A stretch of DNA of 64,000 bases from Vulcanimicrobiota bacterium (GCA_963786105.1 CAWAXX010000001.1:32001-96000), one strand, 5' to 3'. Positions 41,449 through 51,512 are shown, counted from the first letter of the stretch. Program-made: numbers and translations. Notes: generated from the sequence alone by a model not told the origin.

Positions 41449-42408
41449 ATGTATAAGCTTTCGCGGTTCGTCGGTATTGCTGCGTGCGCTGGGGCGCTCG
41501 CCGCAGCGGGATGTTCGTCGAATTCCGGCGTCACCCCGAGCACCGGCGCGCCGATGACTTCGCAGCAGCAGGCTGCAATCAGCGGTGGATGGATGCACGA
41601 AAACGGCGTCACCTACGCTGTGCCCCACTACATGGGAACGGTTCAATCGGCTCGCCCGGCGGTCAAGCCGAACCTTCAGCTCACCTACGGCGGCGGCGTG
41701 GTACTGGTCGCTCCGAAGATGTATTTGATTTTCTGGGGCTTCAAGGCAAACGGCGACCCGAACAAGGTCAGGCCACTCTTGAAGAACTACGCGAAGCGTG
41801 TCGGCGGCACCGCGTACAACAACATCTACACGCAGTACTATCAAAATATCGGCGGCGTGCAGACGTTCATCACCAACCCCACCAATCAGGCCAACAAGAC
41901 CACGTTCTGGAATGACGACACGAACCCGATCCCGGCAAGTCCGACCGATGCGCAAGTCGCCGCCGAGTCCCTCGCCGGCGTCGCCCACTTCGGCTACGAT
42001 CCGAACGGCTCGTACGTCGTCGTGACGGCACACGGCCACAGCATTGTCGGCTTTGGAACGTCGTTCTGCGCGTACCACGGGAAAACGACGTTTGGTGGTC
42101 AACTGGTCACGTACACGAATCTGCCATATATTCCGGACGCCGGCAGAAGCTGTGGTGCGAACTACATCAGCCCGCCGTCCGACGAAACCGGCGCCGACGA
42201 AGGCGTGACCATCGTCCAGGGCCACGAATACGGCGAGTCGATCACCGACCCGGATTACTTCAAGGGCTGGAACAGTGGTTCCGGCGAAATTGGCGACATC
42301 TGCGCTTGGGGAACGCATATTGCGAACGATCCCTTCAGATCCGCCACCTACACGGCGCAGTCCATGTTCAGTAACGCCTCCAGTTCCTGCGTTCACTCTT
42401 ACCCGTAA
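41449..42408 (+). CDS. Lipoprotein with Phi-1/EXORDIUM-like domain
   Basis: Lipobox AAGC; LTYGGG.V..YLIFWG, FCAYH, HEYGESITDP and EIGDICAW motifs. Confidence 0.7.
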   Translation: MYKLSRFVGIAACAGALAAAGCSSNSGVTPSTGAPMTSQQQAAISGGWMHENGVTYAVPHYMGTVQSARPAVKPNLQLTYGGGVVLVAPKMYLIFWGFKANGDPNKVRPLLKNYAKRVGGTAYNNIYTQYYQNIGGVQTFITNPTNQANKTTFWNDDTNPIPASPTDAQVAAESLAGVAHFGYDPNGSYVVVTAHGHSIVGFGTSFCAYHGKTTFGGQLVTYTNLPYIPDAGRSCGANYISPPSDETGADEGVTIVQGHEYGESITDPDYFKGWNSGSGEIGDICAWGTHIANDPFRSATYTAQSMFSNASSSCVHSYP

Positions 42409-42427
42409 GAGTAACGGCACAGTAATC

Positions 42428-42462
42428 AACGAGGGGAATCGGCAGTCGGCCTTCCCCTCGTT
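42428..42462 (+). terminator. Stem-loop, probable terminator
   Basis: AACGAGGGGAA...TTCCCCTCGTT 11-bp inverted repeat 20 nt after the stop; weak U-tract. Confidence 0.6.
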
Positions 42463-42514
42463 CTCGATTCTTCCGGTCGCTTGTCGTTGCTTGCGCGCGC
42501 GAAGGAGTGTCACG

Positions 42515-44131
42515 ATGCGCCGTCTTCTTGCAATCGTAATTTCGTGCTTAATGCTTGCCGGTTGCGGCGGGCATTCGGCCGGATCGGCCGTCGGTGCCGT
42601 TCCCGCGATTCCGGTAGCCCAATCGATCCAGGTCCAGCCCAACGGTGACCCCAACGAGCTGCCGCAGCCTCCCGAAGTCGATGCCGTCAACGGCGTCGCG
42701 ACCGTTTCGCTCGTTACCGACATCAATGTCGCGACGGGCTTTCCGGCCTTCGATTTCAACGGACAGCCGAACGTCGCGCCCACGATCCGCGTGAAGCCGG
42801 GCGACACCATCGTCATGGACCTCGCGAACGATCTGCCGGCGGGGCATGGCTTCAAAGACGATATGAACGTCCACTTCCACGGGTTGGGCACGTCGCCGCG
42901 GCGTCCCGCCGACGACGTTCTCACCATGCTGGCCAAACCGGGCGGAACGTTGCACTACGTCGTCCCGATTCCGTTGAATCAAGAGCCGGGACTCTATTGG
43001 TACCACCCGCACGTGCACGGCCATACCAACTATCACGTGGGCGAAGCCGGCATGTCGGGCGCGATCATCGTCCAGGGATTGGAGCATCATTTGCCCGGCT
43101 TGGGCAAGATGGTGGAGCGTCTCATCGTTCTTCGCGACACGGCGACGAGCGCGAGCATCCTTCCCCGCTCCGGCGACGACGGGACGGCGGGCGACGCGTC
43201 CTCGATGACCGACATGACGGCAATGAACGACGATGCTCCAACCAGCAGCGTGCACCCGCAAGATACCAACCTTCACCCGTGCGGTCCTGATTTGAACCTG
43301 AAGGTCACCCTCAACGGTGCCCGGCGGCCCGACATTACGATCAAGCCCGGCGCGCAGCAGTTCTTCCGTTTGATCAATGCGACCGGGCACAAAACGCTCA
43401 AACTCGCCGTCGACGGCGGCACGCTCGAAGTCGTGGCCATCGACGGTTTTGCGCTCGACAGTTACCCGGGCACGCCGCCTACCCTGACCGTTCCGTTTCT
43501 CATCGTTCCACCGGCGGCGAGAGCCGAGTTCGTGGTCACCGGACCGGCAAGCGGTAGGGCGAAGTTTCGCTCGCTTTGCTACAACTCGGGTCCGAATGGC
43601 GATCCTGACCCGATGGCAGTGCTAGCCAACGTCGTGGCGCCGCCGGGCCACTCCGCGCCGGCGATCGCTCATCGTCCGTTGAGTGTCGGCGCGCCATTGC
43701 CGCAAAACGTGTATACGACGGCCCTGCCGCCGCCTGCGGCTAAACGCGAAGTCGTATTCGCTGAGAATCCGAAGCATTTTTTAATCAACGGCAAGCGCTT
43801 CAACATGAACGATCCGCCGATGTTCGTGGTACACACCGGTACGATCGAGCAGTGGCGCGTGATCAACACCACTCGCGAAGTACACGACTTCCACATTCAC
43901 CAGATCCACTTTTTGGTCTTAAGCATCGATGGTAAAAAAGTGGCACATCCGTACTGGCAGGATAGCGCGGTTATTCCGCACCGCCGCGGCGTGGGAGCAA
44001 GCGGTCCTCCGGGCAATCTCGTCCTGTTGATGGATTTTCGCGACCCCATCATCCACGGAACGTTCCTGTTCCACTGCCACATCCTCGATCACGAAGATAA
44101 CGGCATGATGGCAAAGATAAAGGCGATCTAG
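42515..44131 (+). CDS. Multicopper oxidase lipoprotein
   Basis: Lipobox LAGC; copper motifs NVHFHG, WYHPHVH, HDFHIH and HCHILDHEDNGMM. Confidence 0.93.
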   Translation: MRRLLAIVISCLMLAGCGGHSAGSAVGAVPAIPVAQSIQVQPNGDPNELPQPPEVDAVNGVATVSLVTDINVATGFPAFDFNGQPNVAPTIRVKPGDTIVMDLANDLPAGHGFKDDMNVHFHGLGTSPRRPADDVLTMLAKPGGTLHYVVPIPLNQEPGLYWYHPHVHGHTNYHVGEAGMSGAIIVQGLEHHLPGLGKMVERLIVLRDTATSASILPRSGDDGTAGDASSMTDMTAMNDDAPTSSVHPQDTNLHPCGPDLNLKVTLNGARRPDITIKPGAQQFFRLINATGHKTLKLAVDGGTLEVVAIDGFALDSYPGTPPTLTVPFLIVPPAARAEFVVTGPASGRAKFRSLCYNSGPNGDPDPMAVLANVVAPPGHSAPAIAHRPLSVGAPLPQNVYTTALPPPAAKREVVFAENPKHFLINGKRFNMNDPPMFVVHTGTIEQWRVINTTREVHDFHIHQIHFLVLSIDGKKVAHPYWQDSAVIPHRRGVGASGPPGNLVLLMDFRDPIIHGTFLFHCHILDHEDNGMMAKIKAI

Positions 44132-44140
44132 CTGACACGG

Positions 44141-44755
44141 TTAGTAGGCGCGGGCGCGCTTTTCGGCGAGACGGAGCAAGCCGTCGACGGTTACGGCAAG
44201 TGCCGACGCGGCTAGGCTTCCCGCGACGATCATTTCCGGCTGATGCAACGTTAGGCCGTTGAAGATGAGTACGCCGAGACCGCTGCCGCCGACGTAACCG
44301 CCTAGCGTGGCGATCGCGATCATGGCGATTGCGGCGATCCGTACGCCTCCGATGACGACCGGCAAGGCTTGCGGAAACTCTACCCGCGCGAGAATTTGAC
44401 GCGGCGACATGCCGAGACCGCGCGCGGCGTCGACCTGCGCGGGATCCACGCCGTTGATCCCGGCGACGACGTTGCGCGCCAGCATGAACTGCGCGTACGC
44501 AACCAATGCAACGAAGATGGGCGCAAAACCGAGGCCGAAGAGTTGCACCAACACCGCCAGCAGCGCCAAGCTCGGGATGGTGTACAGCGCGCCGAGCGCG
44601 CCAAGCACCCAGCTCGCGAGGTGCGGGCGCCGGGCGGCGTAGATTCCGAGTGGAACGGCGATGGCCATCGCGACGGCCAGCGCCGCCGCGACCACTTCGA
44701 CGTGGGCCGCCGCCAAAGCGGCGATGCGATCGAGGTGCGCGAGCGCGTAGCTCAT
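44141..44755 (-). CDS. Osmoprotectant ABC transporter permease
   Basis: TIPSLAL, DAARGLGMS and GGSGLG motifs. Confidence 0.92.
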   Translation of the reverse strand: MSYALAHLDRIAALAAAHVEVVAAALAVAMAIAVPLGIYAARRPHLASWVLGALGALYTIPSLALLAVLVQLFGLGFAPIFVALVAYAQFMLARNVVAGINGVDPAQVDAARGLGMSPRQILARVEFPQALPVVIGGVRIAAIAMIAIATLGGYVGGSGLGVLIFNGLTLHQPEMIVAGSLAASALAVTVDGLLRLAEKRARAY

Positions 44756-45537
44756 CGAAGCGCTTCGCGAACGTGCAGGTAATAGTCGCGATACACGTTG
44801 TCGCCGGCGTGCACCAACTCGCGGACGTACGGCGTCGCCGGCCGCTCAAGAAGCTCGTCCGGCGTCGCGACTTGCTCGACGGTTCCCGCGCGCATGACGA
44901 CGATCCGGTCGGCCAACTTCAACGCTTCGTCGAAGTCGTGCGTAACGAAGAGCGTCGTGGTTTGCAGTTCGCGCACGATTCGCGCGAGCTCGCGCTGGAG
45001 CGTGCTGCGGACCAGCGCGTCGACGGCGCCAAACGGCTCGTCCATCAGCAACGCGCGGGGGCGAGCGGCGATGGCGCGGGCAACGCCGACGCGTTGAGCC
45101 TCGCCGCCGGAAAGCTCGCGCGGCCGGCGGCTTCGATAACGTGCCGGATCCAAGCCAACCAGCGCGAGCAACTCGTCGACGCGCGCGGCGATCTCTTCGC
45201 GCGGCCACCCGAGCAGCGACGGAACGACGCCAATATTCTGCGCCACGCTCATGTGGGCAAAGAGGCCAACCGCTTGAATCGCGTAGCCTATACTCCGGCG
45301 GAGCTCCACCGCATCCACGCCGGCAACGTCGCGGCCCTCGACGGCGACGCTCCCGCGTTGCAGGTCGACGAGCCGGTTCACCGTTCGCAAGAGCGTCGAT
45401 TTGCCGCAGCCCGACGGCCCCAGCAACACGACGAGTTCGCCGGGGGAGGCTTCGAACGAGACGTTTTCGACGGCTGCGCGATCGGCTCCGGGATAGCGAA
45501 CGGTCGCATTTTCGAAGCGAATCGACGCCCCGCTCAA
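44752..45537 (-). CDS. Osmoprotectant ABC transporter ATP-binding protein
   Basis: GPSGCGKST, LSGGEAQR and MDEPFGAVD motifs. Confidence 0.94.
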   Translation of the reverse strand: MSGASIRFENATVRYPGADRAAVENVSFEASPGELVVLLGPSGCGKSTLLRTVNRLVDLQRGSVAVEGRDVAGVDAVELRRSIGYAIQAVGLFAHMSVAQNIGVVPSLLGWPREEIAARVDELLALVGLDPARYRSRRPRELSGGEAQRVGVARAIAARPRALLMDEPFGAVDALVRSTLQRELARIVRELQTTTLFVTHDFDEALKLADRIVVMRAGTVEQVATPDELLERPATPYVRELVHAGDNVYRDYYLHVREALR

Positions 45538-46415
45538 CGGGAGGCGCTCGCGAGAAAGGCCGCCGCGACGTCGGCGGGATCGCGATGTCCGTTTTCGATC
45601 TCTGCGTTCATTCGTTGAGCGGCGCGGTCGGTGATCGCCGGCGACACCGCGTCGAGCACGGTCACGATGCGCGGCTGTTGTTGCAGCACGGCCTTGCGTG
45701 CGACCGGAGCGACGTTATACGGCGGCCACAGGTGGCGATCGTCGCGCAGAACCACCAAATCGTCGGTCGCGATCGCACCGTCAGTCGTGAACGCGCTCGC
45801 GACGTCGGCTTGCCCAGAAAGCAGCGCTTGGTACTTCAACGCAATGTCGTACGTCCGGATGTCGCGAAACGCAAACCCGCCGTACATTCGGCGCAGTCCC
45901 GGAAGCCCGTCCGCACGGCTCAAGAACTCCTGAATCGTCGCCAAACGCAATCTCGAAGCGACCGGTGCGAGATCGGAGAGCGTTGCGATCCGCTCGCGCG
46001 CGGCGACGGCTTTCGTCGTTGCCAGAGCCTGCGAGTCGTTCATCGGTGACGGATGCAGCCAGACTAAACCGTAGCGCTGGTCGAACTCGCGTGCGACGGT
46101 CGCATACAGCAAACCGGAATCCTGCATCGGCGGGAGATGGAGAACGTCGATCAGCGCCGTCCCGGTGTATTCCGGGTAGAGATCGATGTCGCCGCGGCGC
46201 ATCGCGGCCATCGCAATCTGCGTCGAGCCGAGGTTGAACCGACGCTCCACGCGCATGCCGGCGCGTTCCAATGCCTGCGCGTAAATCTCGGCGATGACAA
46301 ACGACTCGGTGAAGTTCTTCGAGCCGACGCGCATCGTGCCGCCCCGCGTGCCGCACGCCGCCAAAAGCGGTCCGCTTGCAATGAGCGCGAGCGCTCGAGT
46401 ACGCGAAAGGTTCAC
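45534..46415 (-). CDS. Glycine betaine/OpuCC-type substrate-binding lipoprotein
   Basis: LAAC lipobox; VGSKNFTE, YPEYTGT and DGLPGL motifs; GTG at 46415. Confidence 0.9.
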   Translation of the reverse strand: MNLSRTRALALIASGPLLAACGTRGGTMRVGSKNFTESFVIAEIYAQALERAGMRVERRFNLGSTQIAMAAMRRGDIDLYPEYTGTALIDVLHLPPMQDSGLLYATVAREFDQRYGLVWLHPSPMNDSQALATTKAVAARERIATLSDLAPVASRLRLATIQEFLSRADGLPGLRRMYGGFAFRDIRTYDIALKYQALLSGQADVASAFTTDGAIATDDLVVLRDDRHLWPPYNVAPVARKAVLQQQPRIVTVLDAVSPAITDRAAQRMNAEIENGHRDPADVAAAFLASASR

Positions 46416-47011
46416 GAAGGTACCTCGACCAGACGGCCGACTTGGCCGAGGAGTATTTCTACGCTCAATGCCAGGATTGCGACGGCCAGCGCCCCCGCCA
46501 CCAGAAGCGTCGGGTCGTCGGTTTGCAGCCCGCGGACGATTTCGTCGCCCAAGCCTCCGCCGCCGATGAAGGTCGCCAGGGTTGCGCTGGCGATCGTCTC
46601 GGTCGCGGCCGTCCGCAGGCCGGCGAACGAGACCGGCAACGCCAAGGGTACGATCACGCGCGCGAACGCCTCGACCGGCTTCATGCCCATTCCCGCGGCC
46701 GCATCGAGCGCTGCTGCCGGCACGCCGCGAATGCCGAGGTCGACGCCGATGACGATCGGAGGTATCGCCAGCAGAGCCAGCGCGACGATCGCCGGTGCGG
46801 TACCCACGCCCATGACGGGCAGCAGCAGCGTCAGGACCGCTAGGCTGGGAAGCGTACGGCCGACGCTCGCCAGCGCGAGCGCCGGGTTCCGCAGCGGGGC
46901 GTAGGTCGCGGCGGCGATTCCGAGCGGCAAGCCCGTCGCGAGCGCGAGGATCAGCGCGCAAGCAGCCAGGATCACGTGCTGGGCCGCATGCGCCGCCAAG
47001 TCGCTCAACAT
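46412..47011 (-). CDS. Osmoprotectant ABC transporter permease
   Basis: RTLPSLA, DAAAGMGM and IGGGGLG motifs. Confidence 0.92.
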   Translation of the reverse strand: MLSDLAAHAAQHVILAACALILALATGLPLGIAAATYAPLRNPALALASVGRTLPSLAVLTLLLPVMGVGTAPAIVALALLAIPPIVIGVDLGIRGVPAAALDAAAGMGMKPVEAFARVIVPLALPVSFAGLRTAATETIASATLATFIGGGGLGDEIVRGLQTDDPTLLVAGALAVAILALSVEILLGQVGRLVEVPS

Positions 47012-47059
47012 TTCCGCGAGAGTTTTGCCCTTTTAGGGCGAAACCCGTTGCTCCACCCT

Positions 47060-49171
47060 ATGATAAAGCCGTCAGTCCTCCCGGAACCCCCGGTCCCGGT
47101 CGTCGCTCTGGACGACCCGTCGCTCTACATCAGCCGTGAGTTGTCATGGGTCGAGTTCAACGACCGCGTGCTCGAGGAAGCGCTCGACGCCCACAATCCC
47201 CTCCTCGAGCGCCTAAAGTTCGTGGCGATCTACGGGACCAATCTCGACGAGTTTTTCATGATCCGGGTGGCGGCGATCAAGCAGCAGATCGAAGCGCAAG
47301 TCGTCCGTCGGTCGGACGACGGCCGCATGCCGGCCGAACATCTTTCCGCAATCTCCGACCGTCTGCGTACCTCGCTGCACACGCAGATGCGCCTGCTCAA
47401 CGACGACCTTTTGCCCGCGTTGGAGCGCGAGGGCATTCGCTTGATGCGCGTTTCGGATCTCGACGACGAAACGCAAGCCTCGCTTGAGCGGACGTTTGAC
47501 GAGACCGTCTTTCCGGTCTTGACCCCGCTCGCGGTGGACAGCGGGCATCCGTTTCCGTACATTTCGAACCTGTCGTTGTCGCTGGCGGTCGAGCTCGAGG
47601 AAACGACGCACGACGGGATCGAACTGCACTTTGCGCGCGTCAAAATTCCTCCGACCCTGCCACGGTTCATCCCGCTGGAGGCGTCGCCGCCGGGCGAGCG
47701 ACGGTTCATCCTGCTCGAGGATTTGATCGCCCATCACCTCGACGGGTTATTCCCCGGCATGCACGTGCGCGATGCGTACCTCTTCCGGGTGACCCGCGAT
47801 GCCGACTTGGATTTGCAGGAAGACGAAGCCGCCGATCTGCTGCGCGAGATCGAGTCGGAACTTCAGCGCCGCCGTTTCGGCGAGCCGGTTCGCATGGAGC
47901 TCGAACGCGGCATGCCCGAATACCTGCGCGATTTCCTCTGCGAGGCGCTCCATCTGACCGCGGTCGATTGTTACGACGTCGAGGGGCTGATGGCGCTAAG
48001 CGATCTCTGGCAGATCGTGAACCTTCCCGACTACGATCATTTGCGCGAAAAGCCGTTCATGCCGGCCATCCCCAAGCGCCTGATCGGGGTCACCGAGATG
48101 TTTGCCGCCATTCGCGAAGGCGACATCGTGTTGCATCACCCGTACGAATCGTTCGACCCGGTCGTCCAGTTTCTGCAGCAGGCCGCCGATGACGAAAAGG
48201 TGCTGGCCATCAAGGCGACGCTGTACCGCACGTCCGGAAAGAATTCGCCGATTACGCGAGCGCTGCTCAAAGCGGCCGAGAACGAGAAGCAAGTCGCCGT
48301 CGTCATCGAGCTCAAAGCCCGATTCGACGAAGAGAATAACATCGAATGGGCGAGACGCCTGGAACGCGCCGGCGCCCACGTCGTGTACGGCTTCGCCAAT
48401 CAAAAAGTCCACGCGAAGTCGCTGCTCGTCGTGCGCGAGGACGAAGACGGCTTGCGCCGTTACATGCATTTTGGCACCGGAAACTACAACGAGAAATCGG
48501 CGCGCCTCTATACCGACATCAGCCTTTTTACGTGCTTGCCCGAGCTCGGAGCCGACATCACGCAGCTCTTCAACGCGCTAACGGGGTTTTCGAAGATCAC
48601 CGACTACGAGGAGCTGTGGGTTGCTCCGGTTACGCTACGCCGCGAGCTCATTTCGATGATCGAGCGCGAAACCGAGCACGCCAAGGCCGGCCGTTCGTCG
48701 GGCATTCGCGCGAAGCTCAACCATATTAGCGACGGCGAAGTCATTCGCACGCTGTATCGCGCGTCGCAGGCCGGCGTGTCGATCGATCTGCTCGTGCGCG
48801 GACAGTGCGTGCTGCGTCCGGGCGTCCCGGGGCTGAGCGAACGCATCCGGGTTCGCAGCATCGTGGGCCGGTTTTTGGAGCATTCGAGAATTTACGCGTT
48901 TGAAAACGGCGGCGATCGCGAAGTTTTCATCGCAAGCGCCGATTGGATGGGTCGCAATCTCGACGGTCGCGTCGAAATCGTGACCCCGGTGATCGACCCG
49001 ATCGTTGCCGAAGCCATCGACGGACAAATCCTCAGCGTGCTGTTCGCCGACAACGTGAAGAGCCGCGAACTGATGGAAAACGGCAGTTATCGGCGATGCG
49101 TACCCGGGCCCGGCGAGATGCCCATCGACGCGCAGCGCGTATTTCTCACCCAAGCCCAAACCATGGGGTAG
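47060..49171 (+). CDS. ppk1: Polyphosphate kinase 1
   Basis: RELSWVEFNDRVL, NLDEFFMIRVA, HHPYESF, TLYRT, ELKARFDEENNI, GTGNYN and GRFLEHSR motifs. Confidence 0.97.
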   Translation: MIKPSVLPEPPVPVVALDDPSLYISRELSWVEFNDRVLEEALDAHNPLLERLKFVAIYGTNLDEFFMIRVAAIKQQIEAQVVRRSDDGRMPAEHLSAISDRLRTSLHTQMRLLNDDLLPALEREGIRLMRVSDLDDETQASLERTFDETVFPVLTPLAVDSGHPFPYISNLSLSLAVELEETTHDGIELHFARVKIPPTLPRFIPLEASPPGERRFILLEDLIAHHLDGLFPGMHVRDAYLFRVTRDADLDLQEDEAADLLREIESELQRRRFGEPVRMELERGMPEYLRDFLCEALHLTAVDCYDVEGLMALSDLWQIVNLPDYDHLREKPFMPAIPKRLIGVTEMFAAIREGDIVLHHPYESFDPVVQFLQQAADDEKVLAIKATLYRTSGKNSPITRALLKAAENEKQVAVVIELKARFDEENNIEWARRLERAGAHVVYGFANQKVHAKSLLVVREDEDGLRRYMHFGTGNYNEKSARLYTDISLFTCLPELGADITQLFNALTGFSKITDYEELWVAPVTLRRELISMIERETEHAKAGRSSGIRAKLNHISDGEVIRTLYRASQAGVSIDLLVRGQCVLRPGVPGLSERIRVRSIVGRFLEHSRIYAFENGGDREVFIASADWMGRNLDGRVEIVTPVIDPIVAEAIDGQILSVLFADNVKSRELMENGSYRRCVPGPGEMPIDAQRVFLTQAQTMG

Positions 49172-49273
49172 CGAAGCTTTCATTTGTTCCGGGGCTTCGT
49201 CGCCTTCGGGTCTCATTTAGCGTACTAAACTTCGACCCTCGGCTTCTCGCCCCGAAGCAAATGAAGGCTTCGC
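49171..49273 (+). repeat. Long imperfect palindrome (~103 nt) between convergent genes
   Basis: GCGAAGCTTTCATTTGTTCCGGGGC pairs with GCCCCGAAGCAAATGAAGGCTTCGC; inner GGGTC/GACCC and TTTAG/CTAAA stems. Confidence 0.8.
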
Positions 49274-49277
49274 GAGT

Positions 49278-49739
49278 TTAGTCCCGAGCGAGTTCGAGGA
49301 CGATGTTCCATTCGTGCGGCATGACCGGCTGGACCGACAGGCGCTGGCCGCGTTTGAGCAAGGCCATTCCGGTCAGGCGCGGCTCGGCGCGCATGCGAGC
49401 GAGCGTTACGGGATGCGGAAACGCTTCGGAAAAGGCGACGTCGACCATCATCCAGATCGGCTTATCGGGTTTGGCGCGTCCGTCGAAGTACTCGCCGCCG
49501 CGTTCGAATTGGGTAAAGTCCGGGTACGCGGCCTTGACGACGGTGCAAATGCCGACCGCAGCCGGCTCGGCGATGCTGGAATGATAGAAGATGCCCAAGT
49601 CGCCGACGCGCATCTCCATCATGTTGTTGCGCGCCTGGAAATTTCGGACGCCCGTCCAGGGCGTCGTCCCGTCGCGCCGCAACTGCTCGAACGAAAAGGC
49701 GTGCGGCTCGGTCTTGAACAGCCAGTAGCGTGGAGGCAT
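49278..49739 (-). CDS. EVE domain protein
   Basis: YWLFKTEP, WTGVRNFQARN, FYHS and RLSVQPV motifs. Confidence 0.93.
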   Translation of the reverse strand: MPPRYWLFKTEPHAFSFEQLRRDGTTPWTGVRNFQARNNMMEMRVGDLGIFYHSSIAEPAAVGICTVVKAAYPDFTQFERGGEYFDGRAKPDKPIWMMVDVAFSEAFPHPVTLARMRAEPRLTGMALLKRGQRLSVQPVMPHEWNIVLELARD

Positions 49740-49801
49740 CGGGTGGTGGCGGTTGGCGCCGTCGCGCGTTCGCTCCTGGGTGTGCTATGGTAGGTGGCGG
49801 C

Positions 49802-50290
49802 ATGCAGAAACGAGTGATCCGGGCGACCGAATCCGGTTGGGAGGGCGTGGCCGTCGAGGGCTATCGTCCGGGCGACGATGCCGTCAAGACCGGGGTTTCG
49901 CGCCACACGATCGTCGGCGGCCGGAAGACCGACGCGACGGAGCCCGGCCCGGCGATGGAACTTCGCTATTTCGAGTTGCAGCCCGGCGCCGCATCGCGGC
50001 TCGAGAAGCACGAGCACGAACACTACGTGATCGTACGCAACGGCGACGGGTACGCCATTCTCGGCGATCGCGCCACCGAAGTTGGCCCCGGAGACGTCGT
50101 CTACGTCGGCGCGCTGGAACTCCACCAGTTCGTCAACCGCGGCGACCGGCCGTTCGGTTTTTTCTGTCTCGTCGACGCCTGCCGCGATTTCTCGCAAGAG
50201 CCGACGGCAGACGACTTGGCGCGCTTAGCGGCGTCTCCGGCCGGTGCGGTTGCGAAACCGTTCGCCGTTCCGCCCCCGCGACGTCGCTAG
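49802..50290 (+). CDS. Cupin domain protein
   Basis: LRYFELQPG, EKHEHEH and HQF motifs. Confidence 0.88.
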   Translation: MQKRVIRATESGWEGVAVEGYRPGDDAVKTGVSRHTIVGGRKTDATEPGPAMELRYFELQPGAASRLEKHEHEHYVIVRNGDGYAILGDRATEVGPGDVVYVGALELHQFVNRGDRPFGFFCLVDACRDFSQEPTADDLARLAASPAGAVAKPFAVPPPRRR

Positions 50291-51144
50291 GCCGGCCCGG
50301 TAGCAATTGGGCGTGATGGATCGCTAATCCACTCGCTCCACGATCCGCCGTACAAACGCGCGCCTTCGATTCCGGCGTGGACCATCGCGAGTTGATTCGC
50401 GGCCGACGAAACGCCCGAGCCGCACTGATGCACGACTCGTTGCGGATCCAGCCGTTGCGCGGCGAACTCGGCGCGCAGCGTTTCGGGTGACTTGAGCGTT
50501 CCGTCATCGTTGAAGTTGCGCTTGAACCAGCGGTTGCCGGCGCCGGGAATATGGCCGGCGATTGGATCGACGGTTTCGTTCTGACCGGCAAACCGGTCTT
50601 CCGCTCGCGCATCGAGCAGTTGCATCGCCGGATCGCTCAAGTGGGCGAGCACGTAGGCAGTGTCGACCAGCATTTCCGGATGCGGTCGCGCGGCGACGCT
50701 ACCGTGGTGCCTCGGCGCTGATGAAGCCGCGGTCACCGGAAAGCCTTTTGCTCGCCACGCTGCGAAGCCGCCGTCCAAAACGGCGGTGGCCGTGTGACCG
50801 ATCCATTGGCACAGAAACCACAATCGCGGCGCAAACATGTCCGCGCCGGCATCGTAGGCCACGATTTGCGTCGCGTCGTCGACGCCGAAGCCGCGCAAAA
50901 AGCGCGCGAACGCCTCCGGATCGGGCATCGGATGCCGGCCGTTGCTGCCGGTCTTGCGGCCGGCGAGGTCGTTCTCTACGTCGGCGAAAAATGCGCCGGG
51001 AACGTGCGCCTCATCATACAGGCGGCGTCCCAGCGCGAAGTCGGCCAGCGAGTGACGGCAATCGACCGTAACGAACGCCGGGTCGTCCAGGTGCTCTCGA
51101 AGCACCTCGGGCGTCACCAGCGTGGTGAAGGTTGCGCCGCTCAA
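50287..51144 (-). CDS. sseA: Sulfurtransferase (tandem rhodanese, SseA-like)
   Basis: GRHPMP, LDGG, GHIPGA, CGSGVS and YGGSWSEW motifs. Confidence 0.9.
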   Translation of the reverse strand: MSGATFTTLVTPEVLREHLDDPAFVTVDCRHSLADFALGRRLYDEAHVPGAFFADVENDLAGRKTGSNGRHPMPDPEAFARFLRGFGVDDATQIVAYDAGADMFAPRLWFLCQWIGHTATAVLDGGFAAWRAKGFPVTAASSAPRHHGSVAARPHPEMLVDTAYVLAHLSDPAMQLLDARAEDRFAGQNETVDPIAGHIPGAGNRWFKRNFNDDGTLKSPETLRAEFAAQRLDPQRVVHQCGSGVSSAANQLAMVHAGIEGARLYGGSWSEWISDPSRPIATGPA

Positions 51145-51506
51145 TGGAGCTGTATGGTTTGCTTGGGCGTTGGCTCCGCGCCGCCGAAGACGTCCTTGAG
51201 CACGCGCTGCAACTCGCCGCTTTGCGCCATCGGTCCCAGGATGTCGGTATCGCCGTAAAACGCGCCGTTGATGAAGACCTTCGGCAACGTCGGCCAGTCC
51301 GTCATCGCCGAAAGGGCTTCGCGCTTCGGCATGTTTTCCAACACGTCGATGACCTCGAACGGATAGCCCAAACCGTCGAAGAACTGGATCGTCTCCAACG
51401 TGAAGCCGCAGCGCGGCGCGGTTTTCGTGCCCTTGCCGTAAACGAGGATAGTGTTTGCGGCAAGCTCCTGTGCGATCTGCTCGTCGACCTGTTGATTTTC
51501 CGGCAT
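51141..51506 (-). CDS. grxD: Monothiol glutaredoxin (Grx4-like)
   Basis: KGT..PRCGFT and WPTLPKVFING motifs. Confidence 0.88.
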   Translation of the reverse strand: MPENQQVDEQIAQELAANTILVYGKGTKTAPRCGFTLETIQFFDGLGYPFEVIDVLENMPKREALSAMTDWPTLPKVFINGAFYGDTDILGPMAQSGELQRVLKDVFGGAEPTPKQTIQLH

Positions 51507-51512
51507 GACGTT

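Noticed and set aside
47024..47043. Inverted repeat TTTGCCCT-TTT-AGGGCGAA between the ABC operon and ppk1
   Set aside because: Single short imperfect palindrome with no second copy or recognisable regulator consensus
49278..49739. EVE protein as part of a modification-dependent defence system
   Set aside because: Stand-alone housekeeping-type EVE domain with no adjacent nuclease or toxin
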